From Christensenellales bacterium (GTDB lineage: Bacteria > Bacillota > Clostridia > Christensenellales > CAG-917): a stretch of 64,000 bases of DNA. The notes under the pieces are model-generated. The model worked only from the letters and a program-made list of their open reading frames with translations. It was not told the DNA's origin and searched no databases. How positions within the stretch are numbered: position 1 is the first letter of the stretch; each line of letters opens with the position of its first letter. A program made the translations under genes and the position numbers. Of this stretch, positions 24,833 to 35,382 are shown in pieces. The stretch spans positions 3,885 through 67,884 of the forward strand of contig JBJETY010000008.1 in assembly GCA_051883555.1 (NCBI GenBank). Direction: 5' to 3'.

Positions 24833-25675
24833 ATGGGAAAAAGAAAAGTTAAAGGACTTGTTTTGATAAGTCTTGTCGCAATAGTTGTTGCGTGTTGTCT
24901 TATGCTTGTCGCATGCGGACAAACGACGACAAAGACCGATACCACGGACGGTTCGACGACAACCGATAGCGAAAGTGCGGAAAGCACCGTTGGGGAAAGC
25001 GGAAATTCCGGAACTTCTGAAACGGACGACACAAGCGACAGCGAAGCCGAATCTATCCCACAACCGCAAACTCCTGCCGAATATAAAGCGTTATGCGAAG
25101 AGAAAATTGTTGAAAAGGTTTCTGAATATCTCTCATCAGAATTAACTCGTGCAACAATAAGTAACGTTGAACTTGTTAAACTTAACGCAAAAGACGGAAA
25201 AGTTTTTGTAACTGCAGATTGTAAAACTGGAATAAAACCGTTTAAATATTTTTATGAATTAGATAGTGATTTGGGTGATATATCTAAAAACACTTATAAA
25301 GAAATTTCTCAAAAATGTGATTCTTTAACTTTTTCTGATTTTGAAGAAAAAACAATATTAGAAGGTGCAATTTCGGAAGAAAAATATAACGACCTTTGCA
25401 ACTATGTTTTGGCAGACGTTGGATTGAACGGCGGAACAGTCCTCAATGCAACGAAGTTTTATACGAGTAAAGATGGAATGCCTGGAACAATTTTAACGGT
25501 TTTATACAACGGAAAGATTGCAACGGTTGGGGCATATTGTCATTCTGCAACAACCGATAATACTCAATGTATTAATGAAATGCTTGACCCTGAAGCAAAT
25601 AACGATATCCGAATCACTTCGTATGATGATTTTGTAGATTTTGATTATTTAAACAACGAAGCGACAATGAGTTGA
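24833..25675 (+). CDS. Hypothetical lipoprotein with a Thr/Ser/Asp-rich linker
   Basis: Signal peptide with the lipobox LVAC-G (MGKRKVKGLVLISLVAIVVACCLMLVACGQ). AAGGAGAGG SD upstream. I do not recognise the mature domain. Confidence 0.7.
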   Translation: MGKRKVKGLVLISLVAIVVACCLMLVACGQTTTKTDTTDGSTTTDSESAESTVGESGNSGTSETDDTSDSEAESIPQPQTPAEYKALCEEKIVEKVSEYLSSELTRATISNVELVKLNAKDGKVFVTADCKTGIKPFKYFYELDSDLGDISKNTYKEISQKCDSLTFSDFEEKTILEGAISEEKYNDLCNYVLADVGLNGGTVLNATKFYTSKDGMPGTILTVLYNGKIATVGAYCHSATTDNTQCINEMLDPEANNDIRITSYDDFVDFDYLNNEATMS

Positions 25676-26079
25676 CGCTTTTAAAATTTAAAGGAAATAA
25701 AAAGCGGAATTAAAAAAAGAGAAATACGCAAAAAGAAAACGGATATTAAAAGAAAAAGCAAAAATATGTAAAAGAAAAAAGAAAAACGCTTAAGGCAGAA
25801 CTTGGGCAGCGTGAAATAAACAAAACACAAAAAATAAAAGCTTTGATAAAAAGGAGCGTTACGCTTCTTTTTATTATACGGCAAAAGTTTTTTTGCGATA
25901 TGCGGCAAAGGAAAGGGCATACGCGTTTTTATGTAAGACGGCAAAACGGCTTAAAAGAGGAAAAAGTAAAACGTTAAGGTATAATGTTTTTATATAAATT
26001 ACGATAAAAAAGCTTTAAAACAGGGTAAAAAAGACCAAAAATTTTGTTTTTCATTATTTCAAAATTGCCGTAAAATCGT

Positions 26080-26108
26080 TTGACAATAGACAATTTAATT
26101 GGTAAGAT
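26080..26108 (+). promoter_or_regulatory. Sigma-A type promoter (extended -10) for ybxF and the str operon
   Basis: TTGACA (26080-26085), 17-nt spacer, TGgTAAGAT (-10 at 26103-26108). The track ORF 'start' at 26080 is this -35 box. Confidence 0.65.
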
Positions 26109-26157
26109 AATATGGCTTGTAGAAGCACAAGCGTTTTTTCAAGTACCAAAAAAGTAT

Positions 26158-26421
26158 ATGAGAAAAGAACAAGATATCATTTTTATGCTAAACAACTCTT
26201 CAAAAGTCGTGGGTACAAAACAGGTTTTGAGGGGTATGGCTTCCGATGAATTACGGTGTGTGATTTTGTCGGAGGACGCCGAGGACTTTATAAAGACTAA
26301 GGTTAGGACGCAGGCGGAAAAAAGCGGCGTGGAGGTTATTGTTGCACCCTCTATGGCGTGGCTCGGAAAAGAGTGTAATATCGCCGTCAATGCGGCTGCC
26401 GTAGGAATTATTAAGGATTAG
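26158..26421 (+). CDS. ybxF: L7Ae-family ribosome-associated protein (YbxF-like)
   Basis: ...[27 protein letters not shown]...[17 protein letters not shown] resembles B. subtilis YbxF, and it sits in the same slot just before rpsL. The start is ambiguous: ATG at 26158 or 26185. Confidence 0.75.
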   Translation: MRKEQDIIFMLNNSSKVVGTKQVLRGMASDELRCVILSEDAEDFIKTKVRTQAEKSGVEVIVAPSMAWLGKECNIAVNAAAVGIIKD

Positions 26422-26480
26422 GTAATAGATGCTTCCCCAAGGGGTTGCGGAAAGCATCCGAAATTTTACAGGAGGTTAAT

Positions 26481-26852
26481 ATGCCAACCATTAATCAGCT
26501 TGTCAGAAAAGGTAGAGAAAGACAGCTCAAAAAATCGATGACTCCTATTATGGACGAATGCCCGCAGAAAAGAGGCATTTGCTTGTCGGTTACAACTACT
26601 TCGCCTAAAAAGCCTAACTCTGCAGTCAGAAAGATCGCAAGAGTAAGACTTGTTAACGGTCAGGAAGGTACTGTCTATATCCCTGGTATCGGTCACAACT
26701 TGCAAGAGCACAGCGTTGTTCTTATCCGTGGCGGCCGTGTTAAGGATTTACCTGGTGTGCGTTACCATATTATTCGTGGCGCTCTCGACACTGCCGGCGT
26801 TGCTAAGCGTAAGCAGGCGAGAAGCAAATATGGCGCAAAACGCGCAAAATAA
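26481..26852 (+). CDS. rpsL: 30S ribosomal protein S12
   Basis: [13 protein letters not shown] start, [10 protein letters not shown] motif, AGGAGG SD upstream. Confidence 0.98.
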   Translation: MPTINQLVRKGRERQLKKSMTPIMDECPQKRGICLSVTTTSPKKPNSAVRKIARVRLVNGQEGTVYIPGIGHNLQEHSVVLIRGGRVKDLPGVRYHIIRGALDTAGVAKRKQARSKYGAKRAK

Positions 26853-26888
26853 GAAACAATTATCGGATGAATTTTTAGGAGGACAAAT

Positions 26889-27359
26889 ATGCCAAGAAGA
26901 AGTGGCGTATCTAAAAGAGACGTTTTGCCTGATCCTATTTACAACAGCAAAGTTGTTGCAAAGCTCGTCAATCAGATTATGTACGACGGCAAAAAGGGTA
27001 CGGCTCAATCAATCGTCTATGACGCATTTAATAAGATAGAAGCAAAAATGGGTCAAAATCCATTGGAAGTCTTTACGAGAGCACTTGAAAACGTTATGCC
27101 TGTTCTCGAAGTAAAGGCAAGACGCGTAGGCGGCTCTACCTATCAGGTACCGCTCGAAATCAGACCTGAACGTCGTCAGACGCTCGGTATCCGTTGGCTT
27201 GTAGACTTCGCAAGAAAAAGAAGCGAAAAAACAATGGACGACAGACTCGCAGCAGAAATTATGGACGCTTTCGGCAATGCCGGCGGTGCTGTAAAGAAGA
27301 AAGAAGAAACGCATCGTATGGCTGAAGCTAATAAGGCGTTTGCTCACTACAAGTGGTAA
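26889..27359 (+). CDS. rpsG: 30S ribosomal protein S7
   Basis: [20 protein letters not shown]... and ...AFAHYKW terminus. AGGAGG SD upstream. Confidence 0.98.
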   Translation: MPRRSGVSKRDVLPDPIYNSKVVAKLVNQIMYDGKKGTAQSIVYDAFNKIEAKMGQNPLEVFTRALENVMPVLEVKARRVGGSTYQVPLEIRPERRQTLGIRWLVDFARKRSEKTMDDRLAAEIMDAFGNAGGAVKKKEETHRMAEANKAFAHYKW

Positions 27360-27369
27360 GAGGTAACAA

Positions 27370-29436
27370 ATGGGAAAAATCTCACTTGACAAAGTAAGAA
27401 ACATAGGTATTATGGCTCACATCGACGCCGGTAAGACGACTACGACCGAACGTATCTTGTTCTACACGGGCAAGACTCACAAAATCGGCGAAACGCACGA
27501 CGGTACGGCTACTATGGATACCGACGTTCAGGAACAAGAACGCGGCATAACCATTCACTCGGCTGCTATTACCACTGCATGGAAAGACCATAGCATTACG
27601 ATTATCGATACACCGGGTCACGTTGACTTTACCGTTGAAGTCGGAAGAAGTTTGCGTGTTCTCGACGGCGCAGTCGCAGTATTCTGCGGACGCGGCGGCG
27701 TTGAACCTCAGTCCGAAACGGTCTGGCGTCAGGCTAACGACTACAAAGTTCCGAGAATCGCTTTCGTCAACAAGATGGATAAGCAAGGCGCGGATTTCAA
27801 CAACGTAGTCAAGATGATGAAGGAAAGACTCGGCTGTAATCCTGTTCCTATCACCATGCCTATCGGCAGCGGCGACGACCTCGAAGGTATCATCGATATC
27901 CTTAAAATGAAAGCTATCTACAACGAAGGCGACAAGGGTGAAACCATCGTAGAAAAGGAAATCCCTGCAGACCTTCTTGCAGAAGCGGAAGAAAAGAGAA
28001 ACAACCTTTTGGAAGCCGTCGCAGAAGTCGACGACGACCTTATGATGCAATATCTCGAAGACCCTACGTCGATTACGGACGAACAAGTTAAAGCGGCATT
28101 GAGAAAGGGTACGATTTCTATGCAACTCGTTCCTGTACTTTGCGGCTCGGCTTATAAATTCAAGGGCGTTCAGACAATGCTCGACGCAGTCGTTATGTTC
28201 TTGCCGTCTCCTATGGACGTTCCTGCAACGGTTGGCGTTAATCCGAATACCGAACAGGAAGAAACGCGTAAACCTGACGACAAAGAACCGCTCAGCGCAC
28301 TCGTTTTCAAAATCGCAGTCGACGATTTCGGCAGACTTGCTTTCACGAGAATTTACTCGGGACAAATCAAACCGGGTATGGAAGTATTCAATCCTAAGTC
28401 GGGCAAGAAAGAACGTATCAGCCGTATCGTCAGAATGAGATCCAATCAGCGTGAAGAACTTCAGGAAGCCGGAGCAGGCGACATTGTTGCACTCATCGGT
28501 CTTAAAGAGGCTTCAACCGGCGATTCGCTTTGCGAAAAAGACCACCCGATTATCCTTGAAAACATCATCGTTCCTGAACCTGTTATCAAACAAGCCGTCG
28601 AACCTAAGACAAAGGAAAGCCAGGGCAAACTCGGTATTGCTCTTCAGAAACTTTCCGACGAGGACCCGACGTTTAAGTATTATACCGATAAGGAAACGGG
28701 ACAGACGATTATTGCAGGTATGGGCGAACTTCACCTCGACGTTATTATCGACAGACTTTTAAGAGAATACAAAGTCGAATGTAACGTCGGTCAACCGCAA
28801 GTTGCTTACCGCGAATCTATTACCGGTTCTTCGGACGTCGAAGGAAAATACATTCGTCAGTCGGGCGGTAAAGGTCAATACGGACATTGTAAAGTCAGAT
28901 TCGAACCGTATGCAGAAGGCGATTTCGCTTGGGAAGATATCACCGTCGGCGGCGTTGTTCCTAAAGAATATGCGGCAGCCGTTCGCGCAGGTATCGAAGA
29001 AGCTGCAAAGACGGGCGTTCTTGCAGGTTACGAAACGGTCGGATTTAAAGCAACTCTTTACGACGGATCAACTCACGAAGTCGACTCGTCCGAAATGGCT
29101 TTCAAAATTGCAGGCTCTATGGCGTTCAAAGACGGTATGGCAAAAGCAAAACCTGTTTTGATGGAACCTATCGTCAAACTTGAAGTAGTAACGCCTGACG
29201 AATATCTCGGTACGGTTATCGGCTCGATTACCGGTAAGAGAGGAAATATCAAAGGCACGGAAATGAGAAGCGGCAATCAGGTTATAGACGCAGACGTTCC
29301 GCTTTCGGAAATGTTCGGATATGCAACTCAACTCCGTTCTATGACGCAAGGCAGAGCATCGTTTACGATGACGCCTGACCACTATGAAATCGTTCCGAAT
29401 TCAATTGCGGAAAAAGTCATAGGGGCAAGAAAATAA
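27370..29436 (+). CDS. fusA: Elongation factor G
   Basis: [22 protein letters not shown]1 motif, DTPGHVDF, 688 aa, str-operon position. Confidence 0.98.
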   Translation: MGKISLDKVRNIGIMAHIDAGKTTTTERILFYTGKTHKIGETHDGTATMDTDVQEQERGITIHSAAITTAWKDHSITIIDTPGHVDFTVEVGRSLRVLDGAVAVFCGRGGVEPQSETVWRQANDYKVPRIAFVNKMDKQGADFNNVVKMMKERLGCNPVPITMPIGSGDDLEGIIDILKMKAIYNEGDKGETIVEKEIPADLLAEAEEKRNNLLEAVAEVDDDLMMQYLEDPTSITDEQVKAALRKGTISMQLVPVLCGSAYKFKGVQTMLDAVVMFLPSPMDVPATVGVNPNTEQEETRKPDDKEPLSALVFKIAVDDFGRLAFTRIYSGQIKPGMEVFNPKSGKKERISRIVRMRSNQREELQEAGAGDIVALIGLKEASTGDSLCEKDHPIILENIIVPEPVIKQAVEPKTKESQGKLGIALQKLSDEDPTFKYYTDKETGQTIIAGMGELHLDVIIDRLLREYKVECNVGQPQVAYRESITGSSDVEGKYIRQSGGKGQYGHCKVRFEPYAEGDFAWEDITVGGVVPKEYAAAVRAGIEEAAKTGVLAGYETVGFKATLYDGSTHEVDSSEMAFKIAGSMAFKDGMAKAKPVLMEPIVKLEVVTPDEYLGTVIGSITGKRGNIKGTEMRSGNQVIDADVPLSEMFGYATQLRSMTQGRASFTMTPDHYEIVPNSIAEKVIGARK

Positions 29437-29491
29437 TCATTTAACCAACAAATAAAAAAATATATTCACTTTTTGTTAGGAGGAATTAAAT

Positions 29492-30697
29492 ATGGCAAAA
29501 GCGAAGTTTGAAAGAACAAAGCCGCACGTCAACATCGGTACTATCGGTCACGTTGACCACGGCAAAACAACTCTTACGGCTGCAATCACTATGTATTCAG
29601 CTACGAAGGGCTTGGCAAAAGAAATGAAGTATGACGAAATTGACAAGGCTCCGGAAGAAAAGGCAAGAGGTATCACAATCAACACAGCTCACGTCGAATA
29701 CGAAACAGCTTCAAGACACTATGCTCACGTTGACTGTCCTGGACACGCTGACTACGTTAAGAACATGATTACCGGTGCTGCTCAGATGGACGGCGCAATC
29801 TTGGTTGTTGCTGCTTCTGACGGTCCTATGCCTCAGACCAGAGAGCATATCCTTTTGGCAAGACAGGTTGGTGTTCCATACATCATCGTATTCTTGAACA
29901 AGTGCGACCAGGTTGACGACGAAGAACTTCTCGAACTCGTTGAAATGGAAGTTCGTGAACTTCTTAACGAGTACGACTTCCCGGGCGACGATACTCCAAT
30001 TATCCGTGGTTCGGCTCTTAAAGCAACGGAAGCTCTTCTTGCAGGCAAGACGGACGACGCAGCTCTTAAGCCAATCCAAGATTTGCTTGACGCTATCGAT
30101 TCATACATCCCTGAACCAAAGCGTGACACCGACCAACCGTTCCTTATGCCTATCGAAGACGTATTCACGATCACAGGTCGTGGTACCGTTGTTACGGGTA
30201 GAGTAGAACGTGGCGAACTTAAACTCAACGACAAAGTTGAAATCGTCGGTATCAAACCTCAAAAACAAGAAACTGTCGTTACGGGTATCGAAATGTTCCG
30301 TAAACTTCTTGACAGCGCTGTTGCAGGTGATAACATCGGTGCTCTTCTCCGTGGTATTCAGAGAACAGACGTTGAACGTGGACAAGTTTTGGCTAAACCT
30401 GGCACAATTCACCCACATACACACTTTACGTCACAAGTTTACGTCTTGACTAAAGATGAAGGCGGACGTCACACCCCGTTCTTTGACGGATATCGTCCAC
30501 AATTCTACTTCAGAACAACAGACGTTACGGGTACCATCAAATTGCCTGAAGGCGTTGAAATGGTTATGCCTGGCGATAACATCGACATGGAAATTACCCT
30601 TATCACACCTATCGCTATCGAACAAGGACTCCGTTTCGCTATTCGTGAAGGCGGCAGAACTGTAGGTTCAGGCGTTGTCGCAAAAATCATCGAATAA
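29492..30697 (+). CDS. tuf: Elongation factor Tu
   Basis: [40 protein letters not shown], 401 aa. Confidence 0.99.
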   Translation: MAKAKFERTKPHVNIGTIGHVDHGKTTLTAAITMYSATKGLAKEMKYDEIDKAPEEKARGITINTAHVEYETASRHYAHVDCPGHADYVKNMITGAAQMDGAILVVAASDGPMPQTREHILLARQVGVPYIIVFLNKCDQVDDEELLELVEMEVRELLNEYDFPGDDTPIIRGSALKATEALLAGKTDDAALKPIQDLLDAIDSYIPEPKRDTDQPFLMPIEDVFTITGRGTVVTGRVERGELKLNDKVEIVGIKPQKQETVVTGIEMFRKLLDSAVAGDNIGALLRGIQRTDVERGQVLAKPGTIHPHTHFTSQVYVLTKDEGGRHTPFFDGYRPQFYFRTTDVTGTIKLPEGVEMVMPGDNIDMEITLITPIAIEQGLRFAIREGGRTVGSGVVAKIIE

Positions 30698-30716
30698 TTA
30701 GTCTTTCAAACAGCTT

Positions 30717-30746
30717 CTATGCGTGGCGCTTCGTCGTCACGCATAG
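30717..30746 (+). other. Intercistronic stem-loop between tuf and rpmG (partial terminator or processing site?)
   Basis: CTATGCGTG ... CACGCATAG (9-bp stem) with no U-run after it. Confidence 0.4.
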
Positions 30747-30779
30747 TATGCCTGTGTAGAAAGCGTGAGGAGGCTAACA

Positions 30780-30944
30780 ATGGCTCAAAAGGAAAATAGA
30801 GTCAAAATTACGCTTGCTTGCACGGAGTGTAATCAACGTAACTATAATTTAGACAAGAATAAGAAAAAGCATCCCGACAGAATGGAATTACAAAAGTATT
30901 GTCCTTTTTGCAAAAAACGTACCTTACATAGAGAAACTAAGTAA
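30780..30944 (+). CDS. rpmG: 50S ribosomal protein L33 (Cys4 zinc form); below the ORF-track size cutoff
   Basis: My own translation is [64 protein letters not shown] lies upstream, and the position before secE is classical. Confidence 0.93.
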   Translation: MAQKENRVKITLACTECNQRNYNLDKNKKKHPDRMELQKYCPFCKKRTLHRETK

Positions 30945-30960
30945 GGCATAGGAGGCTATC

Positions 30961-31650
30961 ATGGCAAAAGAAATGCCTGAAAACAAAGACTTGATGAACA
31001 GCGAAGAAACGAAAGCAGAAGAGACTTCTTTGCAATCGGAAGACGAAATCGTAGAAACGAAAACGCCGTCCGTTGCCGATGAAGAATTCGACGCTTCGAT
31101 TGGTGCTGTCACGGAAGCGATTGAAGAAATTAAAGACGCAGTCGCAAACGGTTCGGATGAAAACGCAGAAAACGTAACCGAAGACGCTATGCAAGCAGAA
31201 GAAGTTGCGGCAACGGAAGACGTAGCGACGGAAAATGCCGAGCAGACACAAGCACCTAAAACTTTAAAGTCTATCAAGGCAGCTAAAAACAAGAATAATA
31301 CCAAAGCAAGTTCCACTGTCGTACCTGTACAGATTGAAAGACGTCCGGACGCTGTTGCGGCTATTGCCGAAAATCAGAAAAAGACGTCGGAGAAAAAGGA
31401 ACAAAAGGGTAAGAACAAGACAAATAAGCCAAAGCGTAACATCTTTAAGAGTATGTGGAAAGGCATTAAAGGCATAATTTCCGAACTCAAAAAGGTAACC
31501 TGGGCAAAACCTAAAAAAGTTTTTGCTTCAACCGGCGTAGTTATCGCTTTCGTCTTTATCTTCCTTGTTATTCTTTTCGTATTCGACTATGTATTATTCG
31601 GTCTTTTGTCATTGCTTATGGGTAATGGCTGGGTAAACATATTCGGCTAA
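30961..31650 (+). CDS. secE: Preprotein translocase subunit SecE with a ~160-aa acidic N-terminal extension
   Basis: The C-terminal ~65 aa (ELKKVTWAKPKKVFASTGVVIAFVFIFLVILFVFDY...) is a typical single-TM SecE. It sits in the rpmG-secE-nusG slot. AGGAGG SD upstream. Confidence 0.85.
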   Translation: MAKEMPENKDLMNSEETKAEETSLQSEDEIVETKTPSVADEEFDASIGAVTEAIEEIKDAVANGSDENAENVTEDAMQAEEVAATEDVATENAEQTQAPKTLKSIKAAKNKNNTKASSTVVPVQIERRPDAVAAIAENQKKTSEKKEQKGKNKTNKPKRNIFKSMWKGIKGIISELKKVTWAKPKKVFASTGVVIAFVFIFLVILFVFDYVLFGLLSLLMGNGWVNIFG

Positions 31651-31662
31651 AAAGGAGTAATT

Positions 31663-32226
31663 ATGGATAATATCGAAAACAACGCATTAGGCGGCGCACA
31701 GCAAGCAGTCGCAGATGAAAATTACGAATGGTATATTCTTCATACGAATTCCGGTTACGAAAACGTGGCAGAAGAAAACCTTCGCAACATGGTTGAAAAT
31801 AATAAACTCCAGAACTACATCGTTGACATCAGAGTTCCGATGGAAGAAGAGTACAACGAAAAGAAGAAAAAAACAGTCCAGAAAATCAAATTCCCAAGTT
31901 ATATATTCATAAAAATGGTATATACAAACAATATTTGGTTTATGGTAACAAATACCCGCGGCGTTACAGGTTTTGTCGGACCTAAGGGAAGACCGCTTCC
32001 TATGACTGCCGACGAAGTTAAACGTATGAATCTCGAAGTCATCAGCGTTGAAGATTTTGATATCAAAGTCGGAGACAACGTCAAAGTTATTTCGGGCGCA
32101 CTTAACGATTTCATCGGCGTAGTGGAAGAAATCAGTGGAGAGAAACAAAAAGTTAAAGTTATTGTTTCTATGTTCGGCAGGGAAACGCCTGTTGAACTCA
32201 ATTTTTCGGAAGTGGAAAAAATCTAA
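31663..32226 (+). CDS. nusG: Transcription termination/antitermination factor NusG
   Basis: WYILHTNSGYENVAEENL NGN domain and C-terminal KOW (GDNVKVISGALNDFIGVVEEI). Confidence 0.96.
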   Translation: MDNIENNALGGAQQAVADENYEWYILHTNSGYENVAEENLRNMVENNKLQNYIVDIRVPMEEEYNEKKKKTVQKIKFPSYIFIKMVYTNNIWFMVTNTRGVTGFVGPKGRPLPMTADEVKRMNLEVISVEDFDIKVGDNVKVISGALNDFIGVVEEISGEKQKVKVIVSMFGRETPVELNFSEVEKI

Positions 32227-32296
32227 TTCCGATTATGTTTGTGGGAGAAAGAAAATCTTTTAATCTTTCGATAAACCACGTTAGTCAGGAGGATAT

Positions 32297-32722
32297 ATGG
32301 CTAAAAAAATCGCAGCAGTTGTAAAACTTCAATTACCTGCAGGAAAAGCAACTCCGGGGCCACCTGTCGGCTCGTCACTCGGACCTCACGGTATCAATAT
32401 CCCGGGATTTACAAAGGAATTCAACGAAAAAACGGCTAAACAAGCCGGACTTATTATTCCGGTTGTTATCACAATTTACGCAGATCGTTCATTTACATTT
32501 ATTTTGAAAACGCCACCTGCGGCAGTTCTCATTATGAAGGCTATCGGCCTCGAGGGCGGCTCGGGTGTTCCAAATAAAACGAAGGTCGGCAAAATCACAA
32601 AGGCACAAATTCGTGAAATAGCAGAATTAAAGATGCCTGACCTTAATGCAGCATCAATTGAAACGGCAATGAGTATGATTGCAGGCACGGCACGCAGTAT
32701 GGGCGTTGTCGTAGAAGACTAA
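32297..32722 (+). CDS. rplK: 50S ribosomal protein L11
   Basis: [26 protein letters not shown] hallmark. AGGAGG SD upstream. Confidence 0.98.
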   Translation: MAKKIAAVVKLQLPAGKATPGPPVGSSLGPHGINIPGFTKEFNEKTAKQAGLIIPVVITIYADRSFTFILKTPPAAVLIMKAIGLEGGSGVPNKTKVGKITKAQIREIAELKMPDLNAASIETAMSMIAGTARSMGVVVED

Positions 32723-32733
32723 GGAGGCGTATT

Positions 32734-33432
32734 ATGAAAAAAGGTAAAAATTACGTTGACAGTTCAAAAATCATAGACAAGTCCAAAGTTTACGAAAGCG
32801 CAGACGCAATGAAACTTGTTGTCGAAACGGCAAAAGCTAAGTTTGACGAAACAATCGAACTTCACATCAAACTCGGCGTTGACCCTCGTCACGCAGACCA
32901 ACAGGTCAGAGGCGTTGTTGTTCTTCCTAACGGAACGGGTAAAAAAGTTAAAGTTTTGGTTATCGCTAAAGGCGACAAAGCTGACGAAGCTCAAAAAGCA
33001 GGAGCCGATTACGTTGGAGCAGAAGAATACATTCAAAAAATTCAATCTGAAAACTGGTTCGATTTCGACGTCGTCGTTACAACCCCTGATATGATGGGCG
33101 TTGTCGGTAGAATCGCAAGAATATTGGGACCTAAGGGTCTTATGCCAAACCCGAAATCGGGAACGGTTACAACCGACGTAACGAAAGCTATCAACGATAT
33201 CAAAGCAGGTAAAGTTGAATACAGAGTCGATAAAACTTCTATCATTCACGTTCCTATCGGCAAGAAATCGTTCGGCGACGCTAAACTTCTCGAAAACTTC
33301 GATACTCTTATGGAAGCAGTCGTTAAAGCTAAGCCGGCAGCAGCTAAAGGTCAATATCTTAAATCGATTTACGTAGCTTCTACAATGGGCCCGTCGATTA
33401 AAGTCAACTACAGACCTTCAACAGCCAACTAA
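32734..33432 (+). CDS. rplA: 50S ribosomal protein L1
   Basis: [24 protein letters not shown] hallmark, 232 aa. Confidence 0.98.
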   Translation: MKKGKNYVDSSKIIDKSKVYESADAMKLVVETAKAKFDETIELHIKLGVDPRHADQQVRGVVVLPNGTGKKVKVLVIAKGDKADEAQKAGADYVGAEEYIQKIQSENWFDFDVVVTTPDMMGVVGRIARILGPKGLMPNPKSGTVTTDVTKAINDIKAGKVEYRVDKTSIIHVPIGKKSFGDAKLLENFDTLMEAVVKAKPAAAKGQYLKSIYVASTMGPSIKVNYRPSTAN

Positions 33433-33455
33433 TTAAAACGGTTTATTAAAATCGT

Positions 33456-33484
33456 TTGACAAACCTTTTCGGTTTGCCTATAAT
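33456..33484 (+). promoter_or_regulatory. Consensus sigma-A promoter for rplJ-rplL
   Basis: Perfect TTGACA (33456-33461), 17-nt spacer, perfect TATAAT (33479-33484). Confidence 0.8.
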
Positions 33485-33489
33485 AACAG

Positions 33490-33628
33490 CGTAAATAGCC
33501 TTAGACAGCAAGTGCGAAAGCGTAAATTCATTTTGAATGCTTGCCGAGGACAAACACTTGACGAACAGTGTCGTTCTCCTTTGGCGAGCGACACTTTTTT
33601 TGTGTCATAAATCTTTAAGGAGGTACAA
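33490..33628 (+). promoter_or_regulatory. rplJ 5' leader with terminator-like attenuator (L10-leader type autoregulatory element)
   Basis: The ~140-nt leader ends in the hairpin AGTGTCGTTCTCC / GCGAGCGACACT (33567-33594, with G-U pairs) followed by TTTTTTT, just before the rplJ SD. This is the architecture known for Bacillota L10 leaders. Confidence 0.6.
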
Positions 33629-34129
33629 ATGGCATCACAACAAATTATCGAAGAAAAAGCTAAAATCGTTGAGAGCATAAAAGAGAAAATCAAAGCCGCT
33701 CAAGGTATCGTTTTGGTAGACTATATCGGCCTTACCGTTGAACAGGATACGGCTATGCGTTCGGAACTTCGTAAAAACGGCATCGAATATTCGGTACTTA
33801 AAAACCGTCTCGTACAGCGTGCTTTCTCCGAACTCGGTTATTCGGAATTCGACAGCTATCTCAACGGACCTACGGCTATCGCATTTTCAAATTCGGATTG
33901 CGTAGTTCCTTGCAAACTTATGCAGGAATCTGTGGATAAATATCCTAAGATGAAAATTAAATGCGGAATGGCTGACGGTAAGTTCATCGACGAAAAAGTA
34001 GTAAACCAATATGCAAAATTGCCTTCGAGAGAGCAATTACTCACAAACTGTGTTTTTGCTTTGTCAGGTTTGGTCAGAGGTCTTGCAGTTTGCCTTAATA
34101 AAATTGCAGAAAAAGAAGAAAACAAATAA
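33629..34129 (+). CDS. rplJ: 50S ribosomal protein L10
   Basis: Position and similarity (...[26 protein letters not shown]...). AAGGAGG SD upstream. Confidence 0.96.
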   Translation: MASQQIIEEKAKIVESIKEKIKAAQGIVLVDYIGLTVEQDTAMRSELRKNGIEYSVLKNRLVQRAFSELGYSEFDSYLNGPTAIAFSNSDCVVPCKLMQESVDKYPKMKIKCGMADGKFIDEKVVNQYAKLPSREQLLTNCVFALSGLVRGLAVCLNKIAEKEENK

Positions 34130-34149
34130 TTATTTGGAGGATAATTAAA

Positions 34150-34524
34150 ATGGCAGATACAAAGAAATTTATTGAAGAAATCAAAAACATGACGGTTCTT
34201 GAACTTTCAGAACTTGTTAAAGCTATAGAAGAAGAATTCGGAGTAAGCGCAGCAGCTCCTATCGCAGTTGCAGCAGCTCCTGCAGCAGGTGGCGCAGCAG
34301 CAGCCGAAGAAAAGACTGAATTCGACGTTGTTTTGAAATCAGCAGGCGCAAACAAAGTTGCTGTTATCAAAGTTGTTAAAGAAGCAACAGGTCTTGGCCT
34401 TGTTGAAGCAAAAGGTATCGTTGACGGCGCTCCTAAGACAATCAAAGAAGCAATGCCAAAAGAAGCAGCTGAAGAACTTATGAAGAAACTCAAAGACGCA
34501 GGCGCTGAAGCTGAAATGAAATAA
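34150..34524 (+). CDS. rplL: 50S ribosomal protein L7/L12
   Basis: Ala-rich hinge ([21 protein letters not shown]) and C-terminal domain [20 protein letters not shown]. Confidence 0.98.
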   Translation: MADTKKFIEEIKNMTVLELSELVKAIEEEFGVSAAAPIAVAAAPAAGGAAAAEEKTEFDVVLKSAGANKVAVIKVVKEATGLGLVEAKGIVDGAPKTIKEAMPKEAAEELMKKLKDAGAEAEMK

Positions 34525-34536
34525 TCTATATAGGTT

Positions 34537-34575
34537 AAAAAAAAACGCAATCGTAAGATTGCGTTTTTTTTATTT
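34537..34575 (+). terminator. Strong rho-independent terminator after rplL
   Basis: A-tract, stem AACGCAATC / GATTGCGTT with loop GTAA, then TTTTTTTTATTTTTT. Confidence 0.9.
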
Positions 34576-34586
34576 TTTATTAGCTA

Positions 34587-35225
34587 GGTATAATAAACAG
34601 ACTTATCGATATGGTAAAATAGACTTAGCAGTGCGGCTGTAAATTGACGTATCAATATAGTATAAGTGTTTTTAGCAGTTGGCATATTAAACAGACCTAT
34701 CGACACGACATAAATAGTTTTAGCAGTGTGGTATATAAACGAGCTATCGATACGGTAAAATAGACTTAGCAGTGTGGCTGTAAATTGACGTATCAATATA
34801 GTATAAGTTTTTTTTAGCAGTTGGCATATTAAACAGACTTATCAACACGGCATAAATAGTTTTAGCAGTGTGGTATATAAACGAGCTATCGATACGGCAT
34901 AAAAAGTCTTAACGGTGCGGCTGTAAATTGACATATCAATATAGTATAAGTGTTTTTAGCAGTTGGCATATTAAACAGACCTATCGACACGACATAAATA
35001 GTTTTAGCAGTGTGGTATATAAACGAGCTATCGATACGGTAAAATAGACTTAGCAGTGTGGCTGTAAATTGACGTATCAATATAGTATAAGTGTTTTTTA
35101 GCAGTTGGCATATTAAACAGACCTATCGAAACATCACAAATAGATTTAGCAGTGTGGTATATAAACGAGCTATCGATACGGTAAAATAGACTTAACGGTG
35201 CGGCTATAAATTGACTTAACTAACT
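34587..35225. repeat. Hierarchical tandem-repeat array: ~13.5 units of 46-49 bp in three alternating variants (142-bp period, 284-bp super-period)
   Basis: My unit boundaries are 34587, 34635, 34681, 34730, 34776, 34823, 34872, 34919, 34965, 35014, 35060, 35107, 35156 and 35202. Every unit ends in TTAGCAGT(G/T)(T/C), or TTAACGGTGC in units 7 and 13, and has a central TATCRAYA core. Confidence 0.95.
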
Positions 35226-35302
35226 GATATTTTTAACTTTGGCGTAGGCAACGGAATAACTAGTACGGTATAAAATTTATTGAAAATTAAAATTTCGATG
35301 AT

Positions 35303-35382
35303 AAATTGAATTGCAGTATCAAAATTTAATTTACATATTTAAATTTCAATTTATAAATTTCAATTATATTTAAATTTGAATT
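35303..35382. repeat. AT-rich tract with four AAATT(T)SAATT motifs
   Basis: AAATTGAATT at 35303, AAATTTCAATT at 35341 and 35355, AAATTTGAATT at 35372. They are embedded in a nearly G/C-free ~130-bp stretch. Confidence 0.8.

Noticed and set aside
24710-25944. Minus-strand ORFs 24710-25069, 24757-25032 and 25681-25944 flanking or overlapping the lipoprotein gene
   Set aside because: They are translations of the pyrimidine-rich complement of the A/G-rich tracts (F/L/S/K runs) and have no translation signals.
26080-26157. N-terminal 26-35 residues of the ybxF track ORF (MTIDNLIGKIIWLVEAQAFF...)
   Set aside because: The 'start codon' TTG is the first half of a TTGACA -35 box. The L7Ae-family homology begins only after the internal ATGs.
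34584-35080. Two minus-strand ORFs (34584-34796 and 34886-35080) with near-identical products starting MIRQFTATLLSLFYRIDSSF...
   Set aside because: They are the same repeat units translated twice, 284 bp apart. Both have TTG 'starts' and no SD, and their periodic composition simply mirrors the DNA repeat.
34587-35225. CRISPR array
   Set aside because: There are no unique spacers. Every segment between the conserved junctions is itself repeated with 142- and 284-bp periodicity. No cas genes or leader are nearby.
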